Shown piece after piece: positions 49,354 through 58,581 of a stretch of DNA of 58,581 bases; position 1 is the stretch's first letter, and each line of letters opens with the position of its first letter. Both the position numbers and the translations under genes were made by a program. The notes beneath the pieces were generated by a model. The model was not told the origin of the DNA. It did not search any database and worked only from the letters and a program-made list of their open reading frames with translations. Source of the DNA: a virus (lineage: Duplodnaviria; Caudoviricetes); the IMG/VR virus record IMGVR_UViG_3300046170_000288, positions 1 to 58,581 of that record. One strand, 5' to 3'.

Positions 49354-51291
49354 TTATTTTATCTCTCCCCAGTTAGGTCCAGATTCATAATCAACTTTAT
49401 TCGGAACTTCCAAGTCTACTGCTTGTTCCATTATTTCTTTTATTTTATCAGCTTGAGCTTCTGATTCAATAGAAAAATCTAATTCATCATGGATCTGTAT
49501 ATGTGAAAGATATCCATTTTTATATAAATTAACCATTGCTTTTTTTGTCATATCTGCAGCTGATCCTTGTATTAATTTATTTAATGCTTTGTATGTAAAA
49601 GCTCTACGTGTTGGATTCTTATGCCAATAATTTTTCTTTGACTTTCCATCTTTGTCTTTGATAACTTTACCTTCAAAGTCTATCAACACTGGTCCCATCT
49701 CTTGTAGTTCTTTCATACGTTCTTCATCTTCCGGTGGTATATATTTACCCCAATCACTACCATTTAATATAGGTTCATACTTTGGAAACCTACAACGTCT
49801 ACCAAGTAAAGTTTTTATTTGGCCTTTGTTTAAAGCTGCGTTCATAACTTTATTCATTAATTGTTTTACAAAAGGTGCTCTACCATGATACTTTTTAAAT
49901 AGTTCATCAGCTTTCTCTTTTGTTAAATCTAATTCATTCATCAACTTACCCTTACCCATACCATAGAATAAACCTAAGTTAATTGTCTTTGCTTGTGATC
50001 TAGGTATCTCTGCCATCTCTGCAACAATTTTGTGAAAGTCTGTTGAAGGATCATTTTCATATGAATCTGCAATATCATTTACAGAAGGTAATTCAAATTT
50101 TAGTGAGTAGTGTGCAACTAATCTTGGTTCCTGTTGCGAGTAGTCAAACGTACCCCACTTGCAACCTTCCTCAGGTATAAATAATGATCTTATCAATGGT
50201 CCTGTATCTGGATCTCTTGCTGGAATCTGTTGTAGGTTAGGATTAGAATAACTAAATCTACCGGTAACGGTACCACCATCATCAGATCTAATTTGATTAA
50301 TGTCTGCATGTATTCTACCTTTATGTTCATGTTTAATAATAGAATCAATAAATGTAGTTCTGACCTTGTTTATTTTTCTAGCTTCTGCTATCATACGTAC
50401 TACAGGATGTTTATGTGTAACAAGAAAGTTTTTAGTAAATGATGGCTCATCAGATTTCTCAGTTCTTGAATAAGGTAAATTTAATTTATCGAAAAGTGGA
50501 GCAATACTTCTTGCTGCCATTAACTGAACTTCTACTCCTGTTTCTATTTTTATTTGTTGTATTAGGTTTTGTTCTTTTACTGCCAGTGCTGTTTTCAATT
50601 GATTGGCTTTCTCGACATCTACCCTCACCCCTAGGAAGCGCATATCGACCAGACAAGGAAACAGATCTGTCTCAAGATTAAATACATTCTGTAAATCATC
50701 TTCAATAATTATCTTTTTAAATTTTTGCCAAAGTTCTAAAGTAAGTTCAGCATCTTGTTCTGCATAAGATCCAACTTCCATTGCAGGTAATCTCCACATG
50801 TCAGCTTTTGCATCTAGTCCTCTTTCTTTTGCAGCTTCTATTAGTCTTGCTTCATTCTTACCTTTGTTAAGATAAGCCCAGGACATAGTATTTAAGGTAT
50901 AAGAGAATCTATTCTCATCAATTAATGATGCTGCAATCATAGTATCTACGATTAAACCATTGATTTTTATACCTAAATTACGTATCCAACATACGTCGTA
51001 CATTGCGTTATGAAATATTTTTGTAGCAGGTGATTCGCATACATCAGTAAACCAATCTAAAACTTTTTTACGATCTAGGTTTGGACCAATCTCATGGGCA
51101 ATAGGAAAGTAACCTTTCCAACCATCTACAGCAACAGCTATACCTACAACTTCACCATTACCTATGATGGCTCCTGAACCCAGTTTCTTTAAGTCTGGAT
51201 CACGTGTCTCTAAGTCAATTGCAATTTCATTTGCTGATCTTAGATCCGGATACTCTGTAGGTGCTAACCATTCTGTTTGTGGTATGATCAT
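49354..51291 (-). CDS. polA: DNA polymerase family A with 3'-5' exonuclease
   Basis: ExoI DLET, HNA.YD, YA..DA; TGRFS..PNLQQIP, motif A DYSQQEPR, motif B KTINLGLFYG, motif C IHDEL. Confidence 0.95.
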   Translation of the reverse strand: MIIPQTEWLAPTEYPDLRSANEIAIDLETRDPDLKKLGSGAIIGNGEVVGIAVAVDGWKGYFPIAHEIGPNLDRKKVLDWFTDVCESPATKIFHNAMYDVCWIRNLGIKINGLIVDTMIAASLIDENRFSYTLNTMSWAYLNKGKNEARLIEAAKERGLDAKADMWRLPAMEVGSYAEQDAELTLELWQKFKKIIIEDDLQNVFNLETDLFPCLVDMRFLGVRVDVEKANQLKTALAVKEQNLIQQIKIETGVEVQLMAARSIAPLFDKLNLPYSRTEKSDEPSFTKNFLVTHKHPVVRMIAEARKINKVRTTFIDSIIKHEHKGRIHADINQIRSDDGGTVTGRFSYSNPNLQQIPARDPDTGPLIRSLFIPEEGCKWGTFDYSQQEPRLVAHYSLKFELPSVNDIADSYENDPSTDFHKIVAEMAEIPRSQAKTINLGLFYGMGKGKLMNELDLTKEKADELFKKYHGRAPFVKQLMNKVMNAALNKGQIKTLLGRRCRFPKYEPILNGSDWGKYIPPEDEERMKELQEMGPVLIDFEGKVIKDKDGKSKKNYWHKNPTRRAFTYKALNKLIQGSAADMTKKAMVNLYKNGYLSHIQIHDELDFSIESEAQADKIKEIMEQAVDLEVPNKVDYESGPNWGEIK

Positions 51292-51533
51292 TTCTTTTTA
51301 AGATCTTTCATTGTTTTAATTTCTAATTCACAGTAATGAATTATTTTTTCTAAGTCTTGTATTCCCGCCTTGTTCTTGTAGCGACAAACATACTTTATAA
51401 CATTTCCCTGAAAAAAGGAAAGGTCATTCTTTGAGATAAACTCATAAGGTTGAATGTGAAAGTCTTTGTAGTGACTCCCACCTATCTGCTTATCTTGTGG
51501 AAATGAATCTTTAAATATATCTTTGTGTGTCAT
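51288..51533 (-). CDS. DUF3310 / T7 gp1.7-like protein
   Basis: QIGGSHY, GNVIKYVCR...K....DLEK..HY. Confidence 0.75.
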   Translation of the reverse strand: MTHKDIFKDSFPQDKQIGGSHYKDFHIQPYEFISKNDLSFFQGNVIKYVCRYKNKAGIQDLEKIIHYCELEIKTMKDLKKK

Positions 51534-51610
51534 TTTAATACCTCCATTATGTTGATGACAAAAAATGTTAATGTGATTGTTATAAATATATCTGATGTAA
51601 TTATTCTCAT
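51530..51610 (-). CDS. 26-aa hydrophobic peptide; not in ORF track
   Basis: MRIITSDIFITITLTFFVINIMEVLK; ATGA overlaps on both sides. Confidence 0.45.
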   Translation of the reverse strand: MRIITSDIFITITLTFFVINIMEVLK

Positions 51611-53041
51611 AGTTGATATCCTGTTCTTTGTATTTTTGCTTTTAGTTTGTATAGGTTATTTCTTGCTCTTGTGGTTCCTACGTACCAGACTCTATGTTCT
51701 TCATCATTTTTTCTCTTGACTACGTTTAATAGATTTAAGAATTTTCTTTCCCATATCTAAACATAAAATTACGTTATCTTCTTCTCCACCTTTTGCTGCG
51801 TGTATTGTGGATAGCCATATTCTAGCATCCGTATTTAAATTTTCTCCATTGTCCAACATATTTTTTATATACAATTTTTCTTTTTCATCAGCTTCAACAA
51901 ATGCATCAAACCAATCTTTGTTTCGATTCCATTCAACATCACCTGTGTATTCTTTTATATCTTTTATAATTCTATCTTCTAATTCCTGATGCCTGGTCCA
52001 AGACTCGTATTGCATTGCAGCTCGATACATAGTTACTGCAAAACTTTTACCTTTATTAGTTTCATAGAATAAATCTTTACGTTTCAATTCTTCAGCTATC
52101 TTTACTTGTCTAGATATAGTTCTACTTAAAATTAACCACTTACCTTTAGTCAAATCTACTTGACTCAGGTTACCTATGGTAAATGATTCTCCCTCATAAT
52201 CTCGGGGTAAATAGTGTTTTTCCTTCCTTATACCCATAATCTTCTCAATCGGCTTCTGAGACTCCTCCTGGACGGTTCTAGACACACGTTTAGAGTACTT
52301 TAGGACCCTTTCTTTAGCCGGTTCTTTGATAAATCTCTCTACATCTGCACCAGCCCATACGAATATAGCCTGGTCATCATCACCTGCTAAATAGATATCT
52401 TGTGATTTTTCTTTTAACACATCAAATAGTTTCCATTGTAATGGTGATAGATCCTGAGCTTCATCAATAAATACTGCTTTGAATGTAGGAAAGTTTTCTT
52501 TGTCTTTAGATTTAATTGTAAGATCTACCAGATCATTAAAGTCATATAGATTCTTAGCATCTTTATATTTAATTAAATTATCACTTATATATTTTAAAGT
52601 TGACCATACTATTTCTTTTGTATCATGTTCCCATAGTTCGTATTCTTCTCTAACAGTAATACATTTATTTACTGCTTTATGTATCAATTGAAAATAAGGA
52701 TTGTCACAAGTTAAATAACTTATTTCTTCTTTGTTATATTTGTCTGCGTATTTTACTTTTACATTTATTTCTTTACCAAACTTTTCATAATGGTATGGCT
52801 GCATGATATCTTCTTTCTTCATATCTAAAAAATTAAAACAAAAAGAATGTAGTGTTTGAAAGTATGGAAGATTCTTTTCATTAGCAGGCATTCTTTCTTT
52901 TGCAACACCTGCAGCTTTTTTACTAAATGCGAAGTAACCTATTTTGTGAAGTGGGGTTCCTAGTCTTGCGTATGCTTTTGATCTACTTATAAGTTTAAAT
53001 GTCTTACCGGTTCCTGGTGGACCATAGTATTTATAAATCAT
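51607..53041 (-). CDS. UvrD/Rep-like SF1 helicase; frameshift near 51708
   Basis: GPPGTGKT, IDEAQDLS, GDDDQAI, STIHAAKGGE; motif VI RVWYVGTTRAR in the shifted frame. Confidence 0.85.
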
Positions 53042-54657
53042 ACTATATCTTCTTCACTTTCAAACTGATGTTGTTCATTAACTTCTTCTTCACTTTCAAA
53101 ATACTTTAATGGTATTCGTAAAGTCTTTAGTGGTGGATACTGTTTGTTATCAGAATCTTTTCCAGGAAATTTTTTACTGTGATCAAACTTAGCTTGTTCT
53201 TCTGGTTTCTTACTAGGAAATAATGCTTTAATCATTAGTGATGTTTTAGCTGATGATTCTTTCCATTCATATGTTTTTAAATCATCATAGAATGCACTAT
53301 ATAAAAAGTATGCATACTCATCATCTAACAATGGTCTACCACTTTTGAAAGAATTATATTTTTTAGCTTGTGGATCGTTTATGTATCTATGTATATGTGC
53401 TTTTAATATATCAGATGGATTAGTTCCTTCTGCAGGTTCTAATACTTCTATCTTAGATTTCTCAAATAAATTTTTTAGTATTTCATAAAAGTCATTACCT
53501 TTTATTGTTGGTGGTACTATGTGTACTTGTTCCATTAATAATGCTCTCAATTCTTTTTGGCTTTCTATTCTATGCACATTCTTTGCATGCACTTGTTTTG
53601 TTTGTCCTTCTTCATTCTCAACAGTAAAATACCATTCAGGTGTAGGTTTTATATTTAGTTTTTGTAATGCTGATAATGCTGGCCATACCGGTTTATTATC
53701 TGATATAATCCCGAACTTTCTTTTAACACATACAGACTTTACACACACCGGTGCTAGTAATGGATCATTACAAGTATGACCTTTAGTATCTTTACTCCAA
53801 CTTTTAATCTTTTGATTCACATGTATATCTGTCCAGTTATTATCAAACTCAAAATATTTTCTTGCAGCTTCTATTACTTTGTCTTGCCATTTGTCTGGAT
53901 ACTTTTTCTTAGCAAACACCATATAGTTATATAAGAATCTATCTCTACCATCTTTCATTAGTTGTTTTGTTAGTATACCTAAACATGGTGGACCATCTAC
54001 AAACTCTTCTCCACCACCAGATAGTTCATCTTCTACAATTCTTTTTTGTATATCTTTTAGTTGATCTTCTGTTTGTGCATTTGCTGCAACAACTTTTAAG
54101 AACATATCAATTTGCATTTCTTCACCGCTTGGTAGTAATGCTTTTCTAGAAATACTATTGTAAGGTAAGTTTATAAAGTTACCATTAGTCTTTTCACCAT
54201 CAGCATTTTCACCTAGTGAAGTTTGTTTTGGAAATATTTCTGTATTGATTGGTAGTTTAAATAAAAATAAAACCTGTTCTAAAAAGTCTCTTATCGCTTT
54301 TGCTTTTACATACTCAGTGGTGAACACATATAAATGTAGTCCACCACTCTTCGATAGGACAGGTATTATCGGAAGCTTTTTTTCTTGTATGATGTCTAAA
54401 TAAAATTTTCTATCTATTGGATATTTATCAACATCAATTGCACCAAATCTAGCTTTACCTTCATCAGTACATGGTTGTATACCAATAGACTTAACACCAG
54501 ATAAGTGATCTAAATAATCTTGTTCAACAACAGGTATTGAAGACCATTCGTGTGGATACCTTTTCTTACCTGTTTCTCCATCTACAAAACCTTCAGTAGT
54601 CTTGCAGACTCCGTAGTTTCTTTTCAATCCTGAAAAGTATTTTATATATTCCTGCAT
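53038..54657 (-). CDS. Archaeo-eukaryotic primase-like (prim-pol) protein
   Basis: GAIDVD, SKSGGLH, EIFPKQ, GN.INLPY, GPPCL and a Cys-rich C-terminal primase domain. Confidence 0.7.
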   Translation of the reverse strand: MQEYIKYFSGLKRNYGVCKTTEGFVDGETGKKRYPHEWSSIPVVEQDYLDHLSGVKSIGIQPCTDEGKARFGAIDVDKYPIDRKFYLDIIQEKKLPIIPVLSKSGGLHLYVFTTEYVKAKAIRDFLEQVLFLFKLPINTEIFPKQTSLGENADGEKTNGNFINLPYNSISRKALLPSGEEMQIDMFLKVVAANAQTEDQLKDIQKRIVEDELSGGGEEFVDGPPCLGILTKQLMKDGRDRFLYNYMVFAKKKYPDKWQDKVIEAARKYFEFDNNWTDIHVNQKIKSWSKDTKGHTCNDPLLAPVCVKSVCVKRKFGIISDNKPVWPALSALQKLNIKPTPEWYFTVENEEGQTKQVHAKNVHRIESQKELRALLMEQVHIVPPTIKGNDFYEILKNLFEKSKIEVLEPAEGTNPSDILKAHIHRYINDPQAKKYNSFKSGRPLLDDEYAYFLYSAFYDDLKTYEWKESSAKTSLMIKALFPSKKPEEQAKFDHSKKFPGKDSDNKQYPPLKTLRIPLKYFESEEEVNEQHQFESEEDIV

Positions 54658-54682
54658 TTATTCCTGTCCTTTTAATAATTTC

Positions 54683-54710
54683 TAAAGGCGCCTCCAGTCT
54701 CCCTTCAGCG
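54683..54710 (-). terminator. Imperfect GC hairpin after the SSB-like gene
   Basis: AGGCGC...GCGCCT stem followed by UU on the minus strand. Confidence 0.4.
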
Positions 54711-54737
54711 CCTCTGTAGCTACATTCCCAAAGGGAA

Positions 54738-55520
54738 TTAGATAATGTCTTTAGTATTTTTGTTTTCAACTTTATCATACTTTGGTTTAGCAGAACCTTT
54801 AGAAACTTCTTTCTGTAGATTCTGTGCCATAGTATAAGCTTCAGCATCCATACCTTTGGATACATCTAACATTTTTACTAATGATGGCTTGTACACATGC
54901 CAGCTTTTATCACCCCAGTTTTTTCCAACTGTTTTTAAGTTGAACACTGCAGTGTATGCTGCCGGTTGAAATGTACCTTGTGAATCTGTCATTCTCAAGT
55001 TAGCAATCAAGTTGTTTAACTCTCTACCTGGAGTTAAATTAGATGATCTCATGGCAATAACAGCTTTTCTAAACTCATTGCCAACTATAGCGACTACATA
55101 AAAATACATAGTTTTCTCTACATAGTTTCCATTAGTCAATCTATATCTACCATTCTTTTCTTCAGTAGCATCTGCAGGTATCTCTAAATGAGTTCCTACT
55201 GGAGCAGCTGCGCTGTCTCCTCTTTCTTGCCACTCAGGAAACCTAGTTTGAGTATGAGCAACAACTATATCTAGTCCCTTCTCACCATCAATTAAATTTC
55301 CAAAACTACCAGAATAGATCATTCCAGGTTTTGCACCTTCAACGTACTTTGCGTTTCTTGAGTTACATTCAGGTGATAACTGATGAAGAATTTTTAAAAT
55401 CGGTGTTGATACATCATCCGATCTTAACTCCTCAGTTCCTTTACCTGAATCAGCTCTTAGGTTAATTGTAGATAATGCACCTGCATTATCTTTCTTTACG
55501 ATTGTACTTTCTGTACTCAT
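54738..55520 (-). CDS. Putative ssDNA-binding protein
   Basis: 260 aa; P.LKIL..LSPE, GAKPG, EW..RG; located in the replication operon. Confidence 0.55.
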   Translation of the reverse strand: MSTESTIVKKDNAGALSTINLRADSGKGTEELRSDDVSTPILKILHQLSPECNSRNAKYVEGAKPGMIYSGSFGNLIDGEKGLDIVVAHTQTRFPEWQERGDSAAAPVGTHLEIPADATEEKNGRYRLTNGNYVEKTMYFYVVAIVGNEFRKAVIAMRSSNLTPGRELNNLIANLRMTDSQGTFQPAAYTAVFNLKTVGKNWGDKSWHVYKPSLVKMLDVSKGMDAEAYTMAQNLQKEVSKGSAKPKYDKVENKNTKDII

Positions 55521-55546
55521 ATATAACTCCTATTAGTTAATCGTTA

Positions 55547-56093
55547 TTATTTATTTTTTAATTTAGTCTGACTTCCGTCAAACGTACTAAATAGATCTGA
55601 AGGGAATCTCATTACCTTTTTCTTTGTAATCCTTCATCACTACTGTGAGTGAAGCGTGGTGAACTTTCTCGTCTTGAGTTGGTTCATAGCCACGCTCCCT
55701 CGCAAGGCCAGCATACTCGACAGCCTTGTTATCTTCGCCTTGACCAAATGTTACTGTAATATTATTTTTTACAATATCACCTAAGCCATTGTCTCGAAGC
55801 CATTGTATCGCCTCAGCTTTTTTGTCAGCTCTCATTGAGGCACTGTAAATCTTTTTAATTGTAAGTTCAGAACCATCTTGTAGTTTTAAACTTTTTAAAT
55901 TCATATCTTCCATTAACTTTGGAATAATAACACAACTAAAATGTTTTTCATCTTCTTTTAAATCTTTCACTCTATCTTCTAGATTTTTTATTTCAGATTG
56001 TAAAGATTTTAATTTCTCTACTTCTTCTGATAATTTTTTAGGATCAATAATATCAGTTTGATCCGGTGCATCTTCTCTTAAATTTATATCCAT
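55547..56093 (-). CDS. Conserved replication-module protein; C-terminal frameshift
   Basis: IP.LM, WLR.NG.GDIVKN, VH..SL; true stop at 55547. Confidence 0.6.
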
Positions 56094-56114
56094 AATATTG
56101 CCTTTCGTAAAAGG

Positions 56115-56143
56115 TATATAGGATTATTATATTGAAATGTCAA
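56115..56143 (-). promoter_or_regulatory. Sigma70-type promoter of the replication operon
   Basis: TTGACA-N17-TATATA with the ATCCTAT motif overlapping the -10 box. Confidence 0.65.
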
Positions 56144-56145
56144 TA

Positions 56146-56484
56146 CTAGTTTTGAAAAATATTTATCTCTAGTGGATAATATGTTTTTTCCTGTCTGTCC
56201 CATTTTAACAACTTATATTTGCCGTTAGTCATATCAGAAACAACAGAACATGTCACTCCGATAATTGCAGGATCACCAGATAATAATAAGTAATCGTCGG
56301 TTGTAAAATTTTTTAATTTATCTTTTATTTGAAAAATTAATGGACCAGGAGAAAAAATCATTTGAGCTTTTGCAGGAAGCATAACCGTAATATCGCCATA
56401 CTTTTGTGCACCCATAACATTATATTTTGGTTGACCACTTTCTCTGTCGACAGGTATGTCTTGTACTAAATAAACTTTGCTCAT
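56146..56484 (-). CDS. Conserved hypothetical protein
   Basis: 112 aa; VY.VQ, A.KYG, DYLLL.GDP, LKWDR...Y.P. Confidence 0.6.
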   Translation of the reverse strand: MSKVYLVQDIPVDRESGQPKYNVMGAQKYGDITVMLPAKAQMIFSPGPLIFQIKDKLKNFTTDDYLLLSGDPAIIGVTCSVVSDMTNGKYKLLKWDRQEKTYYPLEINIFQN

Positions 56485-56512
56485 TGACTTTTATTCTTTT
56501 GTATACTATATA
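56484..56512 (+). promoter_or_regulatory. Sigma70-type promoter of the SNF2 helicase
   Basis: TTGACT-N17-TATATA. Confidence 0.55.
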
Positions 56513-56534
56513 ACAAATTAGAAAGAAAAAGCAA

Positions 56535-57971
56535 ATGAACTACAAATTTAAAACTAAGCCGTATGGCCATCAATTAGATGCATTAAACGCATCTTGGGAT
56601 AAAGAAAATTTTGCGTATTTTATGGAAATGGGTACAGGTAAATCTAAAGTATTGTTAGACAATGCAGCTGTGTTGTATGATAAAGGTTTAATAAATGGTC
56701 TGTTATTAATTGCTCCTAAAGGTGTGTATAAAAATTGGTATGATTCAGAAATACCTACACACCTACCAGACCATATAGAAAAAAATATAGTACTTTGGAA
56801 AACATCAGATAAATCAAAAAAACAACAGTTACTTTTAAATACTTTGTTTAAATCAGGTACACATCTAAACATTTTGATTATGAATGTAGAGTCTTTTTCA
56901 TCAGGTAATGGTGCAGAATTTGCATATAAATTCTTATCTGCACATCCTAAATCAATGGTTGCTATTGATGAATCTACTACTATTAAGACACCTACTTCTA
57001 ATAGAACTAAAAACATATTGAAACTAAGTGATCATTGTAAATATAGAAGAATACTTACAGGTTCTCCTGTAACAAAGTCTCCTTTAGATTTATATAGTCA
57101 ATGTCAATTCCTTGATCCCTGGCTACTAGATCATCAATCTTTCTATACTTTTCGTGCCAGATATTCTATATGTAAAAAAATTCAAGTCAATGGTCGTCAA
57201 GTAGAAATAGTTGTGGGTTATAGAAATCTTGGTGAGTTATCAGATAAGATAAAACCTTTTTCTAAAAGAATATTAAAAGATGATTGTTTAGATTTACCTG
57301 AAAAAAGTTATGTCAAGCATTATGTTGAGCTTACAAAAGAGCAAAAGAAAGTATATGAGCAAATGAAAAAAGAAGCAATAGCTTTTTTAGATGGCAAGAT
57401 GCAATCTTCAGCTACAGTTATGACACAATTAATGAGACTACATCAAATTACTTGTGGACATTTCACTGCGGATGATGGTACCATAAAAGATTTACCTTGT
57501 AGTAGGCTTGGTGAATTAATGAGCATACTTGAAAACGTAGAAGGTAAAACTATTATATGGTCCCACTACACACATGATGTAAGAAGAATAATTAAAGAAA
57601 TAAAAAGAGTATATGGTGATGACTCTGTTGTAGATTATTATGGTGCAACTGACACTGATGCAAGATCAGCTAATATTAAAAAATTTCAAAACGATGATAA
57701 GTGTAGATTCTTTGTAGGAACAACTCATACCGGCGGTTATGGTATTACTTTAACTGCCGGAAGCAATATGATTTATTTTTCAAATGGTTATGACCTAGAG
57801 AAGCGTCAACAATCAGAAGCACGTATTGATCGTATAGGTCAAACAAGAAAAATGACTTACATTGATATAATGACTCAAGATACTATTGATGAAAGAATTG
57901 TAAAAGCTTTGCGTAACAAAGTTAATATTGCAAATAAAATAATGGATGAAGATTTTAGAGAATGGATATAG
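56535..57971 (+). CDS. SNF2-family (SF2) helicase
   Basis: EMGTGKS, IDES, LTGSP, GYGITLT, QSEARIDRIGQ. Confidence 0.9.
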   Translation: MNYKFKTKPYGHQLDALNASWDKENFAYFMEMGTGKSKVLLDNAAVLYDKGLINGLLLIAPKGVYKNWYDSEIPTHLPDHIEKNIVLWKTSDKSKKQQLLLNTLFKSGTHLNILIMNVESFSSGNGAEFAYKFLSAHPKSMVAIDESTTIKTPTSNRTKNILKLSDHCKYRRILTGSPVTKSPLDLYSQCQFLDPWLLDHQSFYTFRARYSICKKIQVNGRQVEIVVGYRNLGELSDKIKPFSKRILKDDCLDLPEKSYVKHYVELTKEQKKVYEQMKKEAIAFLDGKMQSSATVMTQLMRLHQITCGHFTADDGTIKDLPCSRLGELMSILENVEGKTIIWSHYTHDVRRIIKEIKRVYGDDSVVDYYGATDTDARSANIKKFQNDDKCRFFVGTTHTGGYGITLTAGSNMIYFSNGYDLEKRQQSEARIDRIGQTRKMTYIDIMTQDTIDERIVKALRNKVNIANKIMDEDFREWI

Positions 57972-58030
57972 CGATTATAGTCCCCACTATAATCAATCCC
58001 GGCAGCTGAGTGCCTAACCTCCCAAAATAA

Positions 58031-58228
58031 CTACAGTTTTTCGAATAGTATTACTATAATAGTAAACATACCTGCTACTAAAGCAGTCATTGCATAACGC
58101 ATATGATTTTTAATTTCTTTAATATCGTTTTCTATTCCTGAAATTTTTTGATGAGTTTGTTTTTGCATAATACGGCAAAGTTTTTCGTGAGATTCTATTC
58201 TCTCCAGTGCTAAATCTTTTTTAGGCAT
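58031..58228 (-). CDS. Small coiled-coil protein with C-terminal TM helix
   Basis: 65 aa; HE..C motif and a hydrophobic tail. Confidence 0.55.
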   Translation of the reverse strand: MPKKDLALERIESHEKLCRIMQKQTHQKISGIENDIKEIKNHMRYAMTALVAGMFTIIVILFEKL

Positions 58229-58581
58229 TATGCCAGTCCTCTTGATCTTAGTTTAATTTGTTTCTCTTCTTCGGATAATAATGCATTTTCAGTTGGCGTC
58301 AATCCCTGATTCATGGCGCCTGCTGCTGGTATAGCCGCAGTCTGAACCACTTGTTGATTAGGCATTGGTGTAAGTGGTAATGCTGATTGGCCTTCAGGCT
58401 CTGTATCAGGTAAAAAGTTTTCAAGATCTAATTGAAAATCACCATATAAATTTTGTATTTCTAGTAGATTTTTTATAGCTTCAAGCGTTCCTTCGGCACC
58501 TAAAAATGGATTAGGTTGTCCAGTTTCTCTAGCAATATCTTCAAATCTTTCTTGAATTTTTTCTGATGGAAAAAAAGGATC
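58228..58581 (-). CDS. C-terminal part of the large internal virion protein that begins at 3720
   Basis: Open frame from the window end DPFFPSEKIQERF...GLTPTENALLSEEEKQIKLRSRGLA stop, with no start of its own. Confidence 0.7.
   Translation of the reverse strand, partial: DPFFPSEKIQERFEDIARETGQPNPFLGAEGTLEAIKNLLEIQNLYGDFQLDLENFLPDTEPEGQSALPLTPMPNQQVVQTAAIPAAGAMNQGLTPTENALLSEEEKQIKLRSRGLA

Noticed and set aside
1729-55600. About 20 frameshifted genes read as programmed frameshifts or pseudogenes
   Set aside because: Breaks hit essential genes (terL, nozzle, helicase, endolysin), are repaired by removing extra bases where checked, and share no slippery motif; best explained as long-read insertion errors.
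1-58581. Stop-codon reassignment as the cause of broken ORFs
   Set aside because: Continuations lie in shifted frames rather than in-frame, and TAA, TAG and TGA all end intact genes.

Overview
The window is an essentially complete, circularly permuted, AT-rich dsDNA tailed-phage genome. Its gene content resembles marine HTVC023P/HTVC027P-type pelagiphage podoviruses; this is inferred from recognition, not from a database search. Most genes are on the minus strand. The virion module (about 1-37.7 kb) encodes ejection/internal proteins, tail and adaptor proteins, a paralogous tail-fibre cassette array, the major capsid protein, scaffold, GroES, small basic proteins, portal and TerL. An early/control region (37.7-47 kb) holds divergent sigma70-type promoters, a ~520-nt GC-rich multi-hairpin non-coding region, four CAAGCNN heptamer arrays, a Gp88-like Fe-S protein, an ArfA-like peptide, TerS, an iteron-like putative origin, an exonuclease, a free-standing LAGLIDADG endonuclease and an RHH-like protein. 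The lysis and replication module (47-58 kb) encodes an M15 peptidase, PolA, a UvrD-like helicase, an AEP-like primase, an SSB-like protein and an SNF2 helicase. About 20 genes are broken, by single extra bases where checked, which I read as long-read sequencing error. I saw no integrase, RNA polymerase, ribonucleotide reductase, tRNA or CRISPR array. The best candidates for undescribed biology are the promoter-driven tandem-hairpin RNA at 40277-40795 with its neighbouring heptamer arrays, the ArfA-like peptide, an RNR-tail-like peptide, and shared short peptide motifs in internal virion proteins.
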